From assembly GCA_963663545.1 (NCBI GenBank), contig OY760505.1, positions 640,001-704,000 on the forward strand: a stretch of 64,000 nucleotides of DNA. The letters run 5' to 3'. This stretch comes from Candidatus Delongbacteria bacterium (lineage in GTDB: Bacteria; CAIWAD01). Below are positions 29,191 through 39,573 of the stretch, one piece after another. Numbering within the stretch: the first letter of the stretch is position 1; each line of letters begins with the position of its first letter. A program made the translations under genes and the position numbers. The notes under the pieces were generated by a model that worked only from the letters and a program-made list of their open reading frames with translations, was not told the origin of the DNA and made no database searches.

Positions 29191-30701
29191 GAAGGATCCG
29201 AAGTCTGCGGTCGCATGGTGGGAAAGAGAATCACGTCACGAATGCTCTCGCTGCCCGTAAGCAGCATGACCAGTCGGTCAATGCCGATCCCCAATCCCGC
29301 CGTCGGAGGCATGCCCACTTCGAGTGCCTTCAGGAAATCCTCATCCAGCGGATGCGCTTCATCGTCACCCCCCTCAACCATGCGAACCTGCGCTTCGAAA
29401 CGCTGGCGCTGGTCAAGAGGATCGTTGAGCTCGGTGAAGCTGTTGCACAACTCCTTGCCGGCTACGACGGCCTCGAAGCGCTCCACCAGACGCGAATCTT
29501 CGCGATGACGACGCGCCAGCGGACTCAGCTCCACCGGATAGTCGGTCACGAAGGTGGGCTGAATAAGCTTGGGCTCCACCAGCTCGCCAAAGAGTTCGTC
29601 CCACAACTTGGGGCGATCCCAGCCGGGATCCACCTCGATATGATGCTTCTCCGCCACGTTGCGCAGCTCGGGCACATCCATTTCCAGCAGGTCCTCGCCG
29701 GTGGCTTCCTTCAGTAGATCCATCAGACGCGCGCGCCGCCACGGTGCTTTCAGCTCGATCTCGTGTCCGCCAAGAGTCACACGCGTGGAGCCGTAGAGTT
29801 CCTGGGCCAGATGCGCCAGCAGTTGCTCCATCAGGTTCATCATGAAGGTGTAGTCTTCGTAGGCGGCGTAGAGTTCGACCTGGGTGAATTCGGGGTTGTG
29901 AAAACGATCCATGCCCTCGTTGCGGAAATCGCGTGCAAACTCAAAGACGCGCTCAAAGCCGCCGACGATCAGCCGCTTGAGGTACAGCTCGTTGGCAATA
30001 CGCAGATACAGCGTCATATCCAGCGCGTTGTGATGTGTCACAAAGGGCCGGGCCGCAGCTCCACCGTAGAGGGGCTGCAGAATGGGCGTATCCACTTCCA
30101 GAAAACTCTGCTGCTGCAGGAAGTCGCGGATCATGCTGATGATGCGACTGCGGCGCACAAATGTATCACGCACATTGGGGTTGACGATCAAGTCGATGTA
30201 GCGTTGACGGTAGCGCTGCTCCTTGTCACTGAACTCGTCAAAGAGCTGGCCATCCTTCTCCTTGGTGACGGGCAGGGGCTGCAGGTTCTTGGCCAGCAGC
30301 ACCGCAGCACTGACATCCAGGGAGCGCTCACCGGTCTTGGTCACAAAAGCCTTGCCACTAATGCCTACCATGTCGCCGATGTCAAAGAGCTTCACGATAT
30401 CGTAGGTATCGTCACCCAGGCTGTCGCGCTGGAAGTAGAGTTGAATGCGTCCGTCGAAATCGGCGAGTTCGGCAAATGTTACCTTGCCCATGCGTCGGAA
30501 AGCCATCAGCCTCCCTGCAACGCACAGAACTTCAGAACTTCCCTGGTGCTGTTCGAAATCGGCAAGAACATCCGCGATGCGGTGGCTGCGCTGAAATCCG
30601 ACTGGCCAGGCATCAATACTCAGTTCTTCCAGACGATCCAGCTTCTCATATCGTTGGCGGATGACCGGCGGCAGCTTGCCGGCGGGTCGCTTGACGCTCA
30701 T
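29187..30701 (-). CDS. lysS: Lysine--tRNA ligase (class II)
   Basis: YRQRYIDL, GGAAARPF, YLRIANELYLKRL, FRNEG, HNPEFT, GMPPTAGLGIGIDRL. Confidence 0.97.
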   Translation of the reverse strand: MSVKRPAGKLPPVIRQRYEKLDRLEELSIDAWPVGFQRSHRIADVLADFEQHQGSSEVLCVAGRLMAFRRMGKVTFAELADFDGRIQLYFQRDSLGDDTYDIVKLFDIGDMVGISGKAFVTKTGERSLDVSAAVLLAKNLQPLPVTKEKDGQLFDEFSDKEQRYRQRYIDLIVNPNVRDTFVRRSRIISMIRDFLQQQSFLEVDTPILQPLYGGAAARPFVTHHNALDMTLYLRIANELYLKRLIVGGFERVFEFARDFRNEGMDRFHNPEFTQVELYAAYEDYTFMMNLMEQLLAHLAQELYGSTRVTLGGHEIELKAPWRRARLMDLLKEATGEDLLEMDVPELRNVAEKHHIEVDPGWDRPKLWDELFGELVEPKLIQPTFVTDYPVELSPLARRHREDSRLVERFEAVVAGKELCNSFTELNDPLDQRQRFEAQVRMVEGGDDEAHPLDEDFLKALEVGMPPTAGLGIGIDRLVMLLTGSESIRDVILFPTMRPQTSDPS

Positions 30702-30716
30702 GGTGTCTCGCTTTCT

Positions 30717-31839
30717 CTAGAGGGGTCTTGCAGGGGGCCGGTTCAGCTCGGGATGAAGCAGGAAGCCGCGAATGAAGGCATCCAACTCGCCATTGAGCAC
30801 ACCGGTTGTATCACTGGTCTCCACACCGGTCCGGTGATCCTTGACCATATTGTAGGGGTGCAGCACATAGCTGCGGATCTGGCTTCCCCAGGCATTATCC
30901 ATTTTGCCGCCTTCCAACTCGGCGCGTTTGGCGGCTTCTTCTTCTCGCTTCTTGGCATACAAACGGGCCAGCAGCATTTTCATGGCAAAGGCACGGTTGC
31001 GCGTCTGGCTGCGCTCCGCCTGGCTTTGTACCACAATGCCCGAGGGCAGGTGCGTGATACGCACGGCGCTGTCGGTTTTATTGACGTGCTGTCCACCGGC
31101 ACCGCTGGCGCGGTAGGTGTCAACGCGCAGATCGTTGGGGTCGATCTCGATCTCGGCGTTGTCATCGTCGATTTCGGGATAGAGGAACACCGAGGCAAAA
31201 CTGGTGTGACGCCGCGACTGGCTGTCGAAGGGCGAAATGCGCACCAACCGGTGCACGCCGATCTCGCTGCGCAGTGTGCCAAAGACGTTCTCGCCGCGCA
31301 CTTCGTAGCTGGCGCTCTTGATGCCCGCCTGCTCGCCGGGCTGCTCGTCCAGCTCCGTGACCTTGTAGCCCTTGCGCACACAGAAGGCGCGGAACATGCG
31401 TGCCAGCATACCGGCCCAATCTTCGGACTCGGTGCCGCCAGCGCCTGGGTGCACGGTGAGAATGGCATTGCGGTGATCGTCGGGGCCACAAAGCATGGTG
31501 GCGAACTCGAGGGTGTCCAGCGCGTCACGCACGCGCTCGGCGAGCTGCAGAAGCTCCTCCAGCTCGTCCTCTTCGGAGAGTGAAAGCAGCTCCACCAGAT
31601 CGTCATTGTCGCCTTTGACCTGCGCCAGCTTCTCGACCATCTGCGCCAGTTCGTTGGCTTCCTTCAATACCTTGCGCGCCCGTTCGGGATCGTTCCAGAA
31701 ATCGGGCGCCAGGCTCAGGGCTTCCAACTCCTGACGTCGCGCGCTCTTGCCTTCGTAGTCAAAGAGACCCCCAGAGATGGTCCAATCTCTCGGCATTCTC
31801 TTTCTGCATGCGCCGTACATCGCTGATCTGCAGGTTCAC
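30717..31839 (-). CDS. prfB: Peptide chain release factor 2 with programmed +1 frameshift
   Basis: AGGAG-GTG start at 31839; 26 codons to GGGGG-TCT-CTT-TGA-C; second frame carries SPF and GGQ motifs. Confidence 0.95.
31758..31772 (-). promoter_or_regulatory. prfB frameshift cassette (internal SD plus CTTTGAC)
   Basis: Minus strand reads GGGGGTCTCTTTGAC. Confidence 0.93.
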
Positions 31840-31852
31840 GTGGGACTCCTGG

Positions 31853-33472
31853 TTATTCGTCGCCAAAGACCTTCTCAAGCGAGGTCCCGGGATAGTAGTG
31901 CTTCAAGATTTCTGTGTAGTCGTTGCCCGAATGCGCCATTTGCACAGCGCCTACCTGGCACATGCCCACACCGTGACCGTGGCCAGCGCCCACCAGCGTG
32001 AAGCTCTCGGGGACGCCGTCGGGGTCCATTTCCGCCAGAACGGTGAAAGCGCTTGAGAAAAGCTGCCCGCGTGAAAGCGCGCGCCGGATGTTGAGCTCTT
32101 TCTGCAGACGCAAATTCCGCCGACTGCCGATGATCTCCAGCTCGATGATGCGGCCGGAAACCCCGCGCTGTACGGTAACGATATCGAAAAGAGTACCTAC
32201 ATCGACACCGGTCTTCTCGCGGATGATCTCCTCCATCTCGCGGCGACTGTGAATCTCTTTCCAGCGAAAGTACTTGCGCGAGCGCTCCGTCAGTACCGGG
32301 TGCTCGGGGTCCAGGATATTGCACCAGGATTCGGGCGAGTCCAGCACCCATTCGCGGAAATCGACTTCCTTGCTCAGGTCGAGTTTGAATTTCCTGCGGC
32401 GATAGTCGGTCATGTCGGGACGGCCCCGCAGCACCTGTTCCGGCGGCGTCGTCCAGATGTTTTCCTTGTGCTCGCCATGTCCGCCACAGCAGGCGTGATA
32501 CACCGCATCGCATATCTTCTTGCGCCAGATGAGAACCTCACCGGTGGTCGCCTCCACAGCCTGGTCAGTGACTTCGGCCAGGTGCGTGATACCGCTGTAG
32601 GCCTGGCAGTGAGTGCCGGCGCAGAAGTCGAAATCGTCGGACATGTGCTTCATGCCCAGCATGCTTAGTACAATACTGCGGGCCGCCACCGCCTGAGCCT
32701 TGTGAGCTTCAAGCGGAAAACGCGTATCCAGTTCAGCAGGCAGCACACCGCGCAGGTAGGTATCGATGTAGACTTCGTTGACCACCGTCAGCTTGCCGCT
32801 GTTGTCCACCAGGAACTCCAGCTCGCCGACAAAACTGCGGTCCTCCTGAGGCGAGCCGGGAATGCGGTCGACGGGCAGACGAAAGAGCTCAACCTGTGCC
32901 TCTTCGCTGCGCGGCACAAGGCGGAAGCCGCGGGAGACTTCGCGCAGACGGCCGAAGTCCTCGTCGGTGAACTCCACCATGCCCTTGGGCTCTTCTACGC
33001 GTACGGCGACAACGCGCGCACGATAGGTGTTGCGCAGGTGGGTCATGTGCTCGCGCGCTTCTTCTTCGGTGGCAAAGCTGCCAACGATGACGCGAAAGCG
33101 GCTGTTGTTCACACTGAACCCGGACGAGAACACCACTGGACAGCCGATGGCACGCACTTCGGCTTCAAAGCCGTCGGCGAGTAACTCCTTGCAGAGCGCT
33201 TTGGCATTTGCCTCATCGGCAAAACTACCCACCAGCACACTGTGCACCATGCGTGCAGGAGTGCTTTCGAGCACTCGGGCCATCCACCGACAATCGTCAC
33301 TGATTCCGGTCAACAGGCTGTCGCCGTTCAACGAAAGGATATCGAAGCGGCCGACGAGGCGAAACTCAATCTTATGCAGTTCCTGGGCCAACGCAATGCG
33401 AAGTACCGGACGCGACTGGACCTGAATTCCACTTGTGGTGTCGAGTGACTTCATTTTCTGCCCTTGGGCCAT
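31853..33472 (-). CDS. SpoIID/LytB-domain lytic transglycosylase with SPOR-like repeats
   Basis: YLRGVLPAE, EAHKAQAVAARS, CAGTHCQAYSG, GHGHGVGMCQVGA. The start could be 33571 instead, which would add a hydrophobic leader. Confidence 0.88.
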   Translation of the reverse strand: MAQGQKMKSLDTTSGIQVQSRPVLRIALAQELHKIEFRLVGRFDILSLNGDSLLTGISDDCRWMARVLESTPARMVHSVLVGSFADEANAKALCKELLADGFEAEVRAIGCPVVFSSGFSVNNSRFRVIVGSFATEEEAREHMTHLRNTYRARVVAVRVEEPKGMVEFTDEDFGRLREVSRGFRLVPRSEEAQVELFRLPVDRIPGSPQEDRSFVGELEFLVDNSGKLTVVNEVYIDTYLRGVLPAELDTRFPLEAHKAQAVAARSIVLSMLGMKHMSDDFDFCAGTHCQAYSGITHLAEVTDQAVEATTGEVLIWRKKICDAVYHACCGGHGEHKENIWTTPPEQVLRGRPDMTDYRRRKFKLDLSKEVDFREWVLDSPESWCNILDPEHPVLTERSRKYFRWKEIHSRREMEEIIREKTGVDVGTLFDIVTVQRGVSGRIIELEIIGSRRNLRLQKELNIRRALSRGQLFSSAFTVLAEMDPDGVPESFTLVGAGHGHGVGMCQVGAVQMAHSGNDYTEILKHYYPGTSLEKVFGDE

Positions 33473-33682
33473 ACTCACTCCCGTAGTGCTGTAGAGCAAC
33501 AAGCAGACAATTGGCAACCAAAGGGCGATTTTTCTGGCGCCAAGTGCCTTGTAAATATTTAATTTATCCATATCACTAGAAAGTGTCAAACGGCTCAATG
33601 CCGATGTTTTTCGCCCGCACCACGATCATGTTTTAGACCCGGGTATTGAATTTCATCATTCTCAACTTGCAAGGAGAAAGTC

Positions 33683-33916
33683 ATGTGGCTGCGTACCTCG
33701 GACCACAAGCTTTTGAGTGTCAATTCTGCGCGCCTGGAATCCATCCAACTGCGCCCGATCATGCACAGCGACTCCTTCGGTCTGTTTGTGAAAGGCAGGG
33801 AGGAGCTGGTGGTTCATCTGGGCGATGATCTGGACAAGGCGACACGTACCTTGGACAAGATCTGCATTGCACTTGCCAATGAGCTGCCCTTGCTGGACTT
33901 GCGCGAGGACCTGTAA
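33683..33916 (+). CDS. Small hypothetical protein
   Basis: AAGGAG RBS; fills the gap between minus-strand genes; protein-like composition. Confidence 0.6.
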   Translation: MWLRTSDHKLLSVNSARLESIQLRPIMHSDSFGLFVKGREELVVHLGDDLDKATRTLDKICIALANELPLLDLREDL

Positions 33917-33928
33917 CGCTGCCGTGAT

Positions 33929-34600
33929 CTAGAACTGACGCCGGTTGCGCCCAAGGCGGACGCCTTCCAGATCCATCATCTTGTCCACACGAGCCTGGTG
34001 ACGGCCGCCGTCGTAGGGTTCAGCCAACCAGGCGAGCATCAGCTTTACTGCCTCTTCGGGCGCAAGAATTCGTGCCCCCATGGTGAGTACATTGGCATTG
34101 TTGTGACGCCGACTGCTTAGAGCGCTGGTTGTGCTCTCACAGCAAGCGGCGCGTACGCCAGGCACCTTGTTGCAGCACATGGCGGAGGCGACACCAATGG
34201 TATCAATCATGATCCCGCGAGACGCCTTTCCACCGGCCACCCAGGCAGCTACTTGGGCCGCGTAATCCGGATAATCGACGGCATCCTTGTTGTGACAGCC
34301 CACATCCGCCAGACTGTAGCCAGCCGCATGTAGTGCACGAATCAGCTCCTGCTTCAGCTCGTGGCCCCCATGATCGCTACCCAGCACGACCTGCACTCGA
34401 TCCGCATCGGCGCGCACTTCTTGTGGCGTCAGCGTTGCCGGTGCCAGGTCAGGCTCCTCCACCTGGCGCAGACGGACTCCCAATCGCGCGGCCAAATCTT
34501 TGGCTTCGTCCGTCAGTACAGTGCGCCCCGGAACCACAACCAGGTCTGTGCCGGCCTTGGCCGCTTGACGTACCCGCCAAGCGCTAATCAAATCGCGCAT
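33929..34600 (-). CDS. rpiB: Ribose-5-phosphate isomerase B with N-terminal extension
   Basis: GSDHGG, DYPDYA, NKVPGVRAA, RRHNNANVL, GGRHQARV. Confidence 0.88.
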   Translation of the reverse strand: MRDLISAWRVRQAAKAGTDLVVVPGRTVLTDEAKDLAARLGVRLRQVEEPDLAPATLTPQEVRADADRVQVVLGSDHGGHELKQELIRALHAAGYSLADVGCHNKDAVDYPDYAAQVAAWVAGGKASRGIMIDTIGVASAMCCNKVPGVRAACCESTTSALSSRRHNNANVLTMGARILAPEEAVKLMLAWLAEPYDGGRHQARVDKMMDLEGVRLGRNRRQF

Positions 34601-34603
34601 TGC

Positions 34604-37249
34604 TTACACTCCAAAGATGCGGCGGTAGTACTCGAGGTATTCGAATACGCTGTGAGCGTTTTCGTAGTAAGCCACAAGCAGACCGACAAAGGCCACCAGG
34701 ATAATCACCAACAAGAGGAAAACGCCGACGAAGCTGCCTTCAAAGGCAATGCGCATCGCCTTGAGCAGACGCTGCAGGAACCAGAAAAGCAGCAGTCCCA
34801 CCAGAATAACCGTTGGTAGCACAGCCTGCGGCACCTCGAGCAGGCGGTAGAAGACGATGCCCAGAGGAATCAGCACCAACAGATTGGCCGCACTCCAGCA
34901 CAGGAACGTCATCGATTGCTGCAAGGTAAAGCGCGCGTTGAAGAGCAGACCCAAGATGCGTAGACCAAAGGCGGCCATCAGGAAAAGCGCCATACTTGCC
35001 AGAGTCAGTTGCCCGATGCTCTCAAGCGGATTCCAGGAGAGACGGATCAGCCACTCCTTGACGCTATCCAGCACTAGAAATTGACTGAGAAGGTGGTCGA
35101 AGAACATGGATTTGCGCAGGTAGTGCAGCAAGCTGCTGCTCATCACACCCAAGGCACCCGAACACAGGAGCCAGATGAAAAGCGCCTGACCGAACTGATA
35201 GATGCGATTGTCCTGCACATCCACAAAGAAGCCATGGCTGTGAGAAAAACTGCGCCTCAGGTTGTGCGCCAGCACATTGTTCTGCTTGTAGCCGATGAGC
35301 AGCAAAATCAACAACCCGAAGCCCACCAAAGGATAGGAAGACGGACTGTGTGACTTGAATTCGCCGCGGGTGAGGGTTGCCCCCGGGCCACCGGCGAGCA
35401 GGCTGCCCAGCTCCTTGTAGGAAGAGCGCGCGACTCGCTCGAAATTGACGATGCCCAATGGACACAAATAACGATCTCGTCCGGGCGGAACCCATAGCAG
35501 CGGTCTGCCGCCGCGCCAATCGCTGTAACTGTGCACCACCGAACCTGCAATGCGGCCTTCGCCCTGCTCGCGCCACTCGCGCAACTGCACGAGCGCCTGC
35601 TGAATGCGCCGCGCCTGTCGCAACTCGCTCCAAGGATTCTCGTAGCCTTCACGGTTGCCCTCTTCCACGGGTAGGCCGATACGCGCGTACACAACCGGCA
35701 TCCCTACATTGGGCAAGGGCACCAACTCCTGCAATCCGGTAGGTGAGCTTTCCAGCAGCAGGAAATCCAGCCCCGGCAGCAAACCGGGAGTCAGCTTCTG
35801 CACGCCACCCGCCAGAAAACCGCCAGCAGAAAAGAGCACGTCGCAGGATGCCGATTCGGGACAGATACCACGCAGATAATCCGCCACCAGGGGATCGGTG
35901 AAATCCATGCCGCTACCCGCCGAAAGCGCCAGCAGACTGGGATGATTCCCATCTCGCGCCATCAGCTCCTTCAGCTGATCGGCAGCCAACTGCCGCACAC
36001 CTTCGCGCGCCAGTAGACGCGGCGGGATCTGCCATACGGGCAATTCCTCAATCAGGAAAAGGCCAAGCTGGTCGCAGAGCTCCACCATGTAGGGATGCGG
36101 GGCACCACGTACACAAAGCACCGTGTTGATACCCAGATTGCGCATGTTCTCCAGATCGCGCGCGAGGGTGGGCGGGTCCAATGCAATACCGAATTCGGGG
36201 TGATCGCCAACGTAGCTCAAGCCGTTGAGGGTAAAAGCCGCTCCGTTCAGCTGCACACTACCGTTTTCGATCTTCAATACACGAAGCCCAAGATCACTAC
36301 TACGACGATGAACCGTGCGATCGCCCTGTCCCAGGGAGCAGGTTAACGTGTAGAGCACGGGGGCTTCCGGACTCCAGAGCTCAAGGCTATCTGCCTCAAG
36401 CGGCAGTTCAACCCACTCCTGCGCCAACTTCGCAACTCGTGTGTTCACCCGGCCACGGGCTAGTTCCAGACCGTCGGCGTTCTGCAAAACGCCCTCGATC
36501 CAGAGCTCCTCAGCACCCGCCAAACTGTCTTCGCCAATGCGCAGCAGTTCCTGGTTCTGGACCAATGCCCGAACCAGCAGCAGATCTTTGGTGTAGGCTG
36601 GCTGGCCACGTCGGGCGCGTACCGTCTCGCCCATGCCGTGCTCCCAGCGCACTTGGTCGATGCGCAGACGCGGGCCTTCCATCAGATAGACTTCGCGGTA
36701 GATGCCGCCGTAGTTCAGCGGGTCCCAACTCTGCATTTTTAGCGGTAGTGTGTTCTTGGAGGAAAGACCATTGTCCACCGCCACGCTCAAGCGATTGACA
36801 CCGCCGAAATGCAGATTGCGTGCGGGCAGCTGCACTTCGAAAGAAGCGCTACCACCAGCATGACTGCTGACGAATACATCGTTGATGGAAATACGGCAGG
36901 CGTAGGTGACGCCGCCAAACCAGATACGATAGTCATACTGCTGTCCGTCGTCGGGAAGCACAAAGCTGCGCTCAAAGACAACTTCGCCGGTGAAATCCGT
37001 ATAGCAACTGGGAATCTGGCAATTCCCCTTGTCGGATCGCGTATGCCAACTCCATTCGCCATTTAGGTCGATTGGACGTTGGTCCAGACTGTCGAGGACG
37101 GGAACCCAAAGGGAATCGACTCGCCCCTCGTTTGCTGGATAGAAGCGGGGGGCCGCCTCGCTGCGCGTATTCAGAACCAACACCGCCAGCATAGCGCAAA
37201 GCAAAAGCGGCAGTGAGCGACGATACCAGGCTAGGAAGTGTATGAGCAT
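34604..37249 (-). CDS. GH2-fold protein with C-terminal multi-TM domain, catalytic glutamates apparently absent
   Basis: DLNGEW, YGGIYREV, LWSPEAPVLY, ELCDQLGL, RDGNHPS; about 6-7 hydrophobic segments at the C-terminus. Confidence 0.8.
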   Translation of the reverse strand: MLIHFLAWYRRSLPLLLCAMLAVLVLNTRSEAAPRFYPANEGRVDSLWVPVLDSLDQRPIDLNGEWSWHTRSDKGNCQIPSCYTDFTGEVVFERSFVLPDDGQQYDYRIWFGGVTYACRISINDVFVSSHAGGSASFEVQLPARNLHFGGVNRLSVAVDNGLSSKNTLPLKMQSWDPLNYGGIYREVYLMEGPRLRIDQVRWEHGMGETVRARRGQPAYTKDLLLVRALVQNQELLRIGEDSLAGAEELWIEGVLQNADGLELARGRVNTRVAKLAQEWVELPLEADSLELWSPEAPVLYTLTCSLGQGDRTVHRRSSDLGLRVLKIENGSVQLNGAAFTLNGLSYVGDHPEFGIALDPPTLARDLENMRNLGINTVLCVRGAPHPYMVELCDQLGLFLIEELPVWQIPPRLLAREGVRQLAADQLKELMARDGNHPSLLALSAGSGMDFTDPLVADYLRGICPESASCDVLFSAGGFLAGGVQKLTPGLLPGLDFLLLESSPTGLQELVPLPNVGMPVVYARIGLPVEEGNREGYENPWSELRQARRIQQALVQLREWREQGEGRIAGSVVHSYSDWRGGRPLLWVPPGRDRYLCPLGIVNFERVARSSYKELGSLLAGGPGATLTRGEFKSHSPSSYPLVGFGLLILLLIGYKQNNVLAHNLRRSFSHSHGFFVDVQDNRIYQFGQALFIWLLCSGALGVMSSSLLHYLRKSMFFDHLLSQFLVLDSVKEWLIRLSWNPLESIGQLTLASMALFLMAAFGLRILGLLFNARFTLQQSMTFLCWSAANLLVLIPLGIVFYRLLEVPQAVLPTVILVGLLLFWFLQRLLKAMRIAFEGSFVGVFLLLVIILVAFVGLLVAYYENAHSVFEYLEYYRRIFGV

Positions 37250-37267
37250 GGCCTAAGTATAACGAAA

Positions 37268-37293
37268 TGGGGCGGTTCGCAGGAACCGCCCCA
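37268..37293 (-). terminator. Intrinsic terminator
   Basis: TGGGGCGGTTC-GCAG-GAACCGCCCCA; reads into TTTCGTT on the minus strand. Confidence 0.7.
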
Positions 37294-37329
37294 ATAGCTT
37301 TCAGGCTGAAATTTGTTCACATCTTCGGT

Positions 37330-38367
37330 TTAGTTGCCGAAGGTGAATTTCTGCCCCATGGTGAAAGCACCCAGGCTCTCGTCCACGGGATCAAAGCGCC
37401 AAGAGGCAACCTTACGCTGCATGCAACGTTCGACGTTGCGACCGTAGCGCTCGTCGCTCCAGGTGCTGCGACTGAACTCGATATCGGTGACGCTTCCATC
37501 CGGTAGAATGGAGAATTTCACCATGGTGCTGCCACGCAGATTCGCTGAACGACGCAGCTGGCTTTCGTAGCAATCCTTCAGACCGGGCGTGTAGCCAGCG
37601 ATGACCGCACGTAAGGCCTGCGGGCTGCGAGCCGCCTCTGCCGAGAACTTGCCGCTACGATCGTAGGTCTGCACCTCGCCTTCCAGCAGGTCACCCACCG
37701 TACCTCCAGCCACACTCGCGTCCACATCGGCCAGCGCGCTCTGCAGATCGACACCGCCGCTACCTCCGCCCTGCGGGGCATCGGTACGCAAACGGCGCAC
37801 GTTCTCAGCACTGCGACCGGTTACCATCTGCGAAAGGCCTTCGGTGCTGATGGCGCTACCAGCGGTCACCTGGGCGGCATCCACTAAATCGCTAGCCACA
37901 GCACTACCCGCGCTTCCGGTTACCAAGGCCAGACCACCAGCACTATTGATCACCTGCTGATCGATCTGAGCACGGCGTTGCGCACGACTGGCCTGGGCTG
38001 CCTGACGACGTTCAGCACGCTGCTGGGCGGTTCCCTGCTGTCGCTCTTCCGGCCGCTCAAGAGATTCCTGCGCCTCTTCCCGGCGCGTCTGCTCCTGTTC
38101 GGCTAAATCGCTGGGCGTTGTTAGGGCATCAGGCTGCTCCACCTCCACCTGCTCCACCTCCGGCGGTGTTATTCGCTCGATGGTGGCAAAACGGCGGGCG
38201 TAGAACTCGCGAACCTCTTCCTTGGTCATCACTGGCGGATCAAGGGTGTTGCCGTAGTAGATCAAGCCCACTTCGATCAACCCGACCACCAGGAAGACGG
38301 TGAAGAGCAGACCGTCAATCGGATGTTTGCGTCTGTACTGGCTCAAAGCCATGTTTCCTGCAGACAT
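37330..38367 (-). CDS. TonB/TolA-like energy transducer with AgmX/PglI (GltG-like) C-terminal domain
   Basis: One TM helix, a charged/Gly-rich linker, and LKDCYESQLR...LRGSTMVKFSILPDGSV...VERCM...SWRF. Confidence 0.8.
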   Translation of the reverse strand: MSAGNMALSQYRRKHPIDGLLFTVFLVVGLIEVGLIYYGNTLDPPVMTKEEVREFYARRFATIERITPPEVEQVEVEQPDALTTPSDLAEQEQTRREEAQESLERPEERQQGTAQQRAERRQAAQASRAQRRAQIDQQVINSAGGLALVTGSAGSAVASDLVDAAQVTAGSAISTEGLSQMVTGRSAENVRRLRTDAPQGGGSGGVDLQSALADVDASVAGGTVGDLLEGEVQTYDRSGKFSAEAARSPQALRAVIAGYTPGLKDCYESQLRRSANLRGSTMVKFSILPDGSVTDIEFSRSTWSDERYGRNVERCMQRKVASWRFDPVDESLGAFTMGQKFTFGN

Positions 38368-38376
38368 GCTGCTCTC

Positions 38377-38925
38377 CTATTCGCTCTTGACCACAACAAA
38401 CTCTGTCTTGTTGTAGCCGGACCTGCCGCAGGTAGCCAAGACCTTGAGGATGGAATTATAATTCACGTACTGATCAGCGTGAATATTGATCATGCCCTCA
38501 AAGGGAACCCCGTACTGGGCTTCCATCTCTTTGCCTTCGGCGGCCTGCGCCTGCAGGTACTCAAACAGGTTGGGCAGAATCATGGCATCCGGACTGTATG
38601 CCTCCTCACCCGTCGGAACGTGGTAGAGGGTGGCTCCATCATCAAGAATCTCGGTACGGTTGCCGTCGTGCTCCACAAAAACACCCACAACACCAGAATC
38701 GGTACCCGAATCCACCACAATGGAAAGGGCCGTTTTGGGTTTGGTGTCCACGTTAGAGAACGGCAGTTCCAGATCACCTACCTGAGTCAACAGCGCTCCG
38801 GAGGTCGAGTAATTCTTCAGAAGGAAGAGCAGGATGATGGTCATCATGTCCATCATCGAACTCAGGGGCATCTTGGCTTCGCCTGAGCCCGGATGTTTAC
38901 GCAGCTTGCTTGGGGCTGCAGCCAT
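38377..38925 (-). CDS. ExbD/TolR-family protein (AglS-like)
   Basis: LSSMMDMMTIILLFLLKNYS TM segment with conserved Asp; INIHAD...KVLATC. Confidence 0.85.
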   Translation of the reverse strand: MAAAPSKLRKHPGSGEAKMPLSSMMDMMTIILLFLLKNYSTSGALLTQVGDLELPFSNVDTKPKTALSIVVDSGTDSGVVGVFVEHDGNRTEILDDGATLYHVPTGEEAYSPDAMILPNLFEYLQAQAAEGKEMEAQYGVPFEGMINIHADQYVNYNSILKVLATCGRSGYNKTEFVVVKSE

Positions 38926-38934
38926 CGGGGCCTC

Positions 38935-39573
38935 CTATTGAATCTTGCCCATCATGGGGGTCGGGAACATTACATCCGCCGGGGCACCGGGTACATCCTG
39001 GTGGATGCGCGTGGCATCCATGACCTTGACCAGATTGCCGAAGGGGAATTCGTTGGGCGCGCTGATAATCACACGCTCCGCATCAACGAAACTGTACTCG
39101 TCCACCATCTGGGGTGAGCCGTCTGCGTTGAAAAGCAGATTTCCGTCTTCGTCCTGGTTTTGGACCTTGCCAAGAATTGAGGGCACCACAATGTCGGAAC
39201 GAATCTGCCAACACCGCGCATTCAGGGCGTCATAGTCATACTCATCCCTGACTGTCTTGGGAATGCGATGATAGTACTGGTCCGCATTCTCAGATTCCGG
39301 AGTGGTTCCGAAGACCGAGACCGCAAAGCCAAGACTATCTACGCTGACAATCAGGTTGAGCTTCTCTTTGGGGGCATCCTCCTGCTCCGGCATGGAAGCC
39401 ACACCAGCGGAGGGCGCCGGCGGAAGCTGCATCTCCAGGAGTCCGAGTTTGACGAACTCCGCGGAGGCCAGCAGCAGAGGGATGAGCACCACCACCAGAT
39501 TCATGATCGGGGTGATGTCCAGATCCTCTTCTGCGGGTGTAAACTTCCGCTTGAGAGAGGGTTTGAAAGCCAC
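38935..39573 (-). CDS. ExbD/TolR-family protein (AglQ-like; Asn at the TM Asp position)
   Basis: LDITPIMNLVVVLIPLLLASA; VKVMDATR. Confidence 0.85.
   Translation of the reverse strand: MAFKPSLKRKFTPAEEDLDITPIMNLVVVLIPLLLASAEFVKLGLLEMQLPPAPSAGVASMPEQEDAPKEKLNLIVSVDSLGFAVSVFGTTPESENADQYYHRIPKTVRDEYDYDALNARCWQIRSDIVVPSILGKVQNQDEDGNLLFNADGSPQMVDEYSFVDAERVIISAPNEFPFGNLVKVMDATRIHQDVPGAPADVMFPTPMMGKIQ

Noticed and set aside
29763..31583. 606-aa plus-strand ORF
   Set aside because: Antisense shadow of lysS and prfB.
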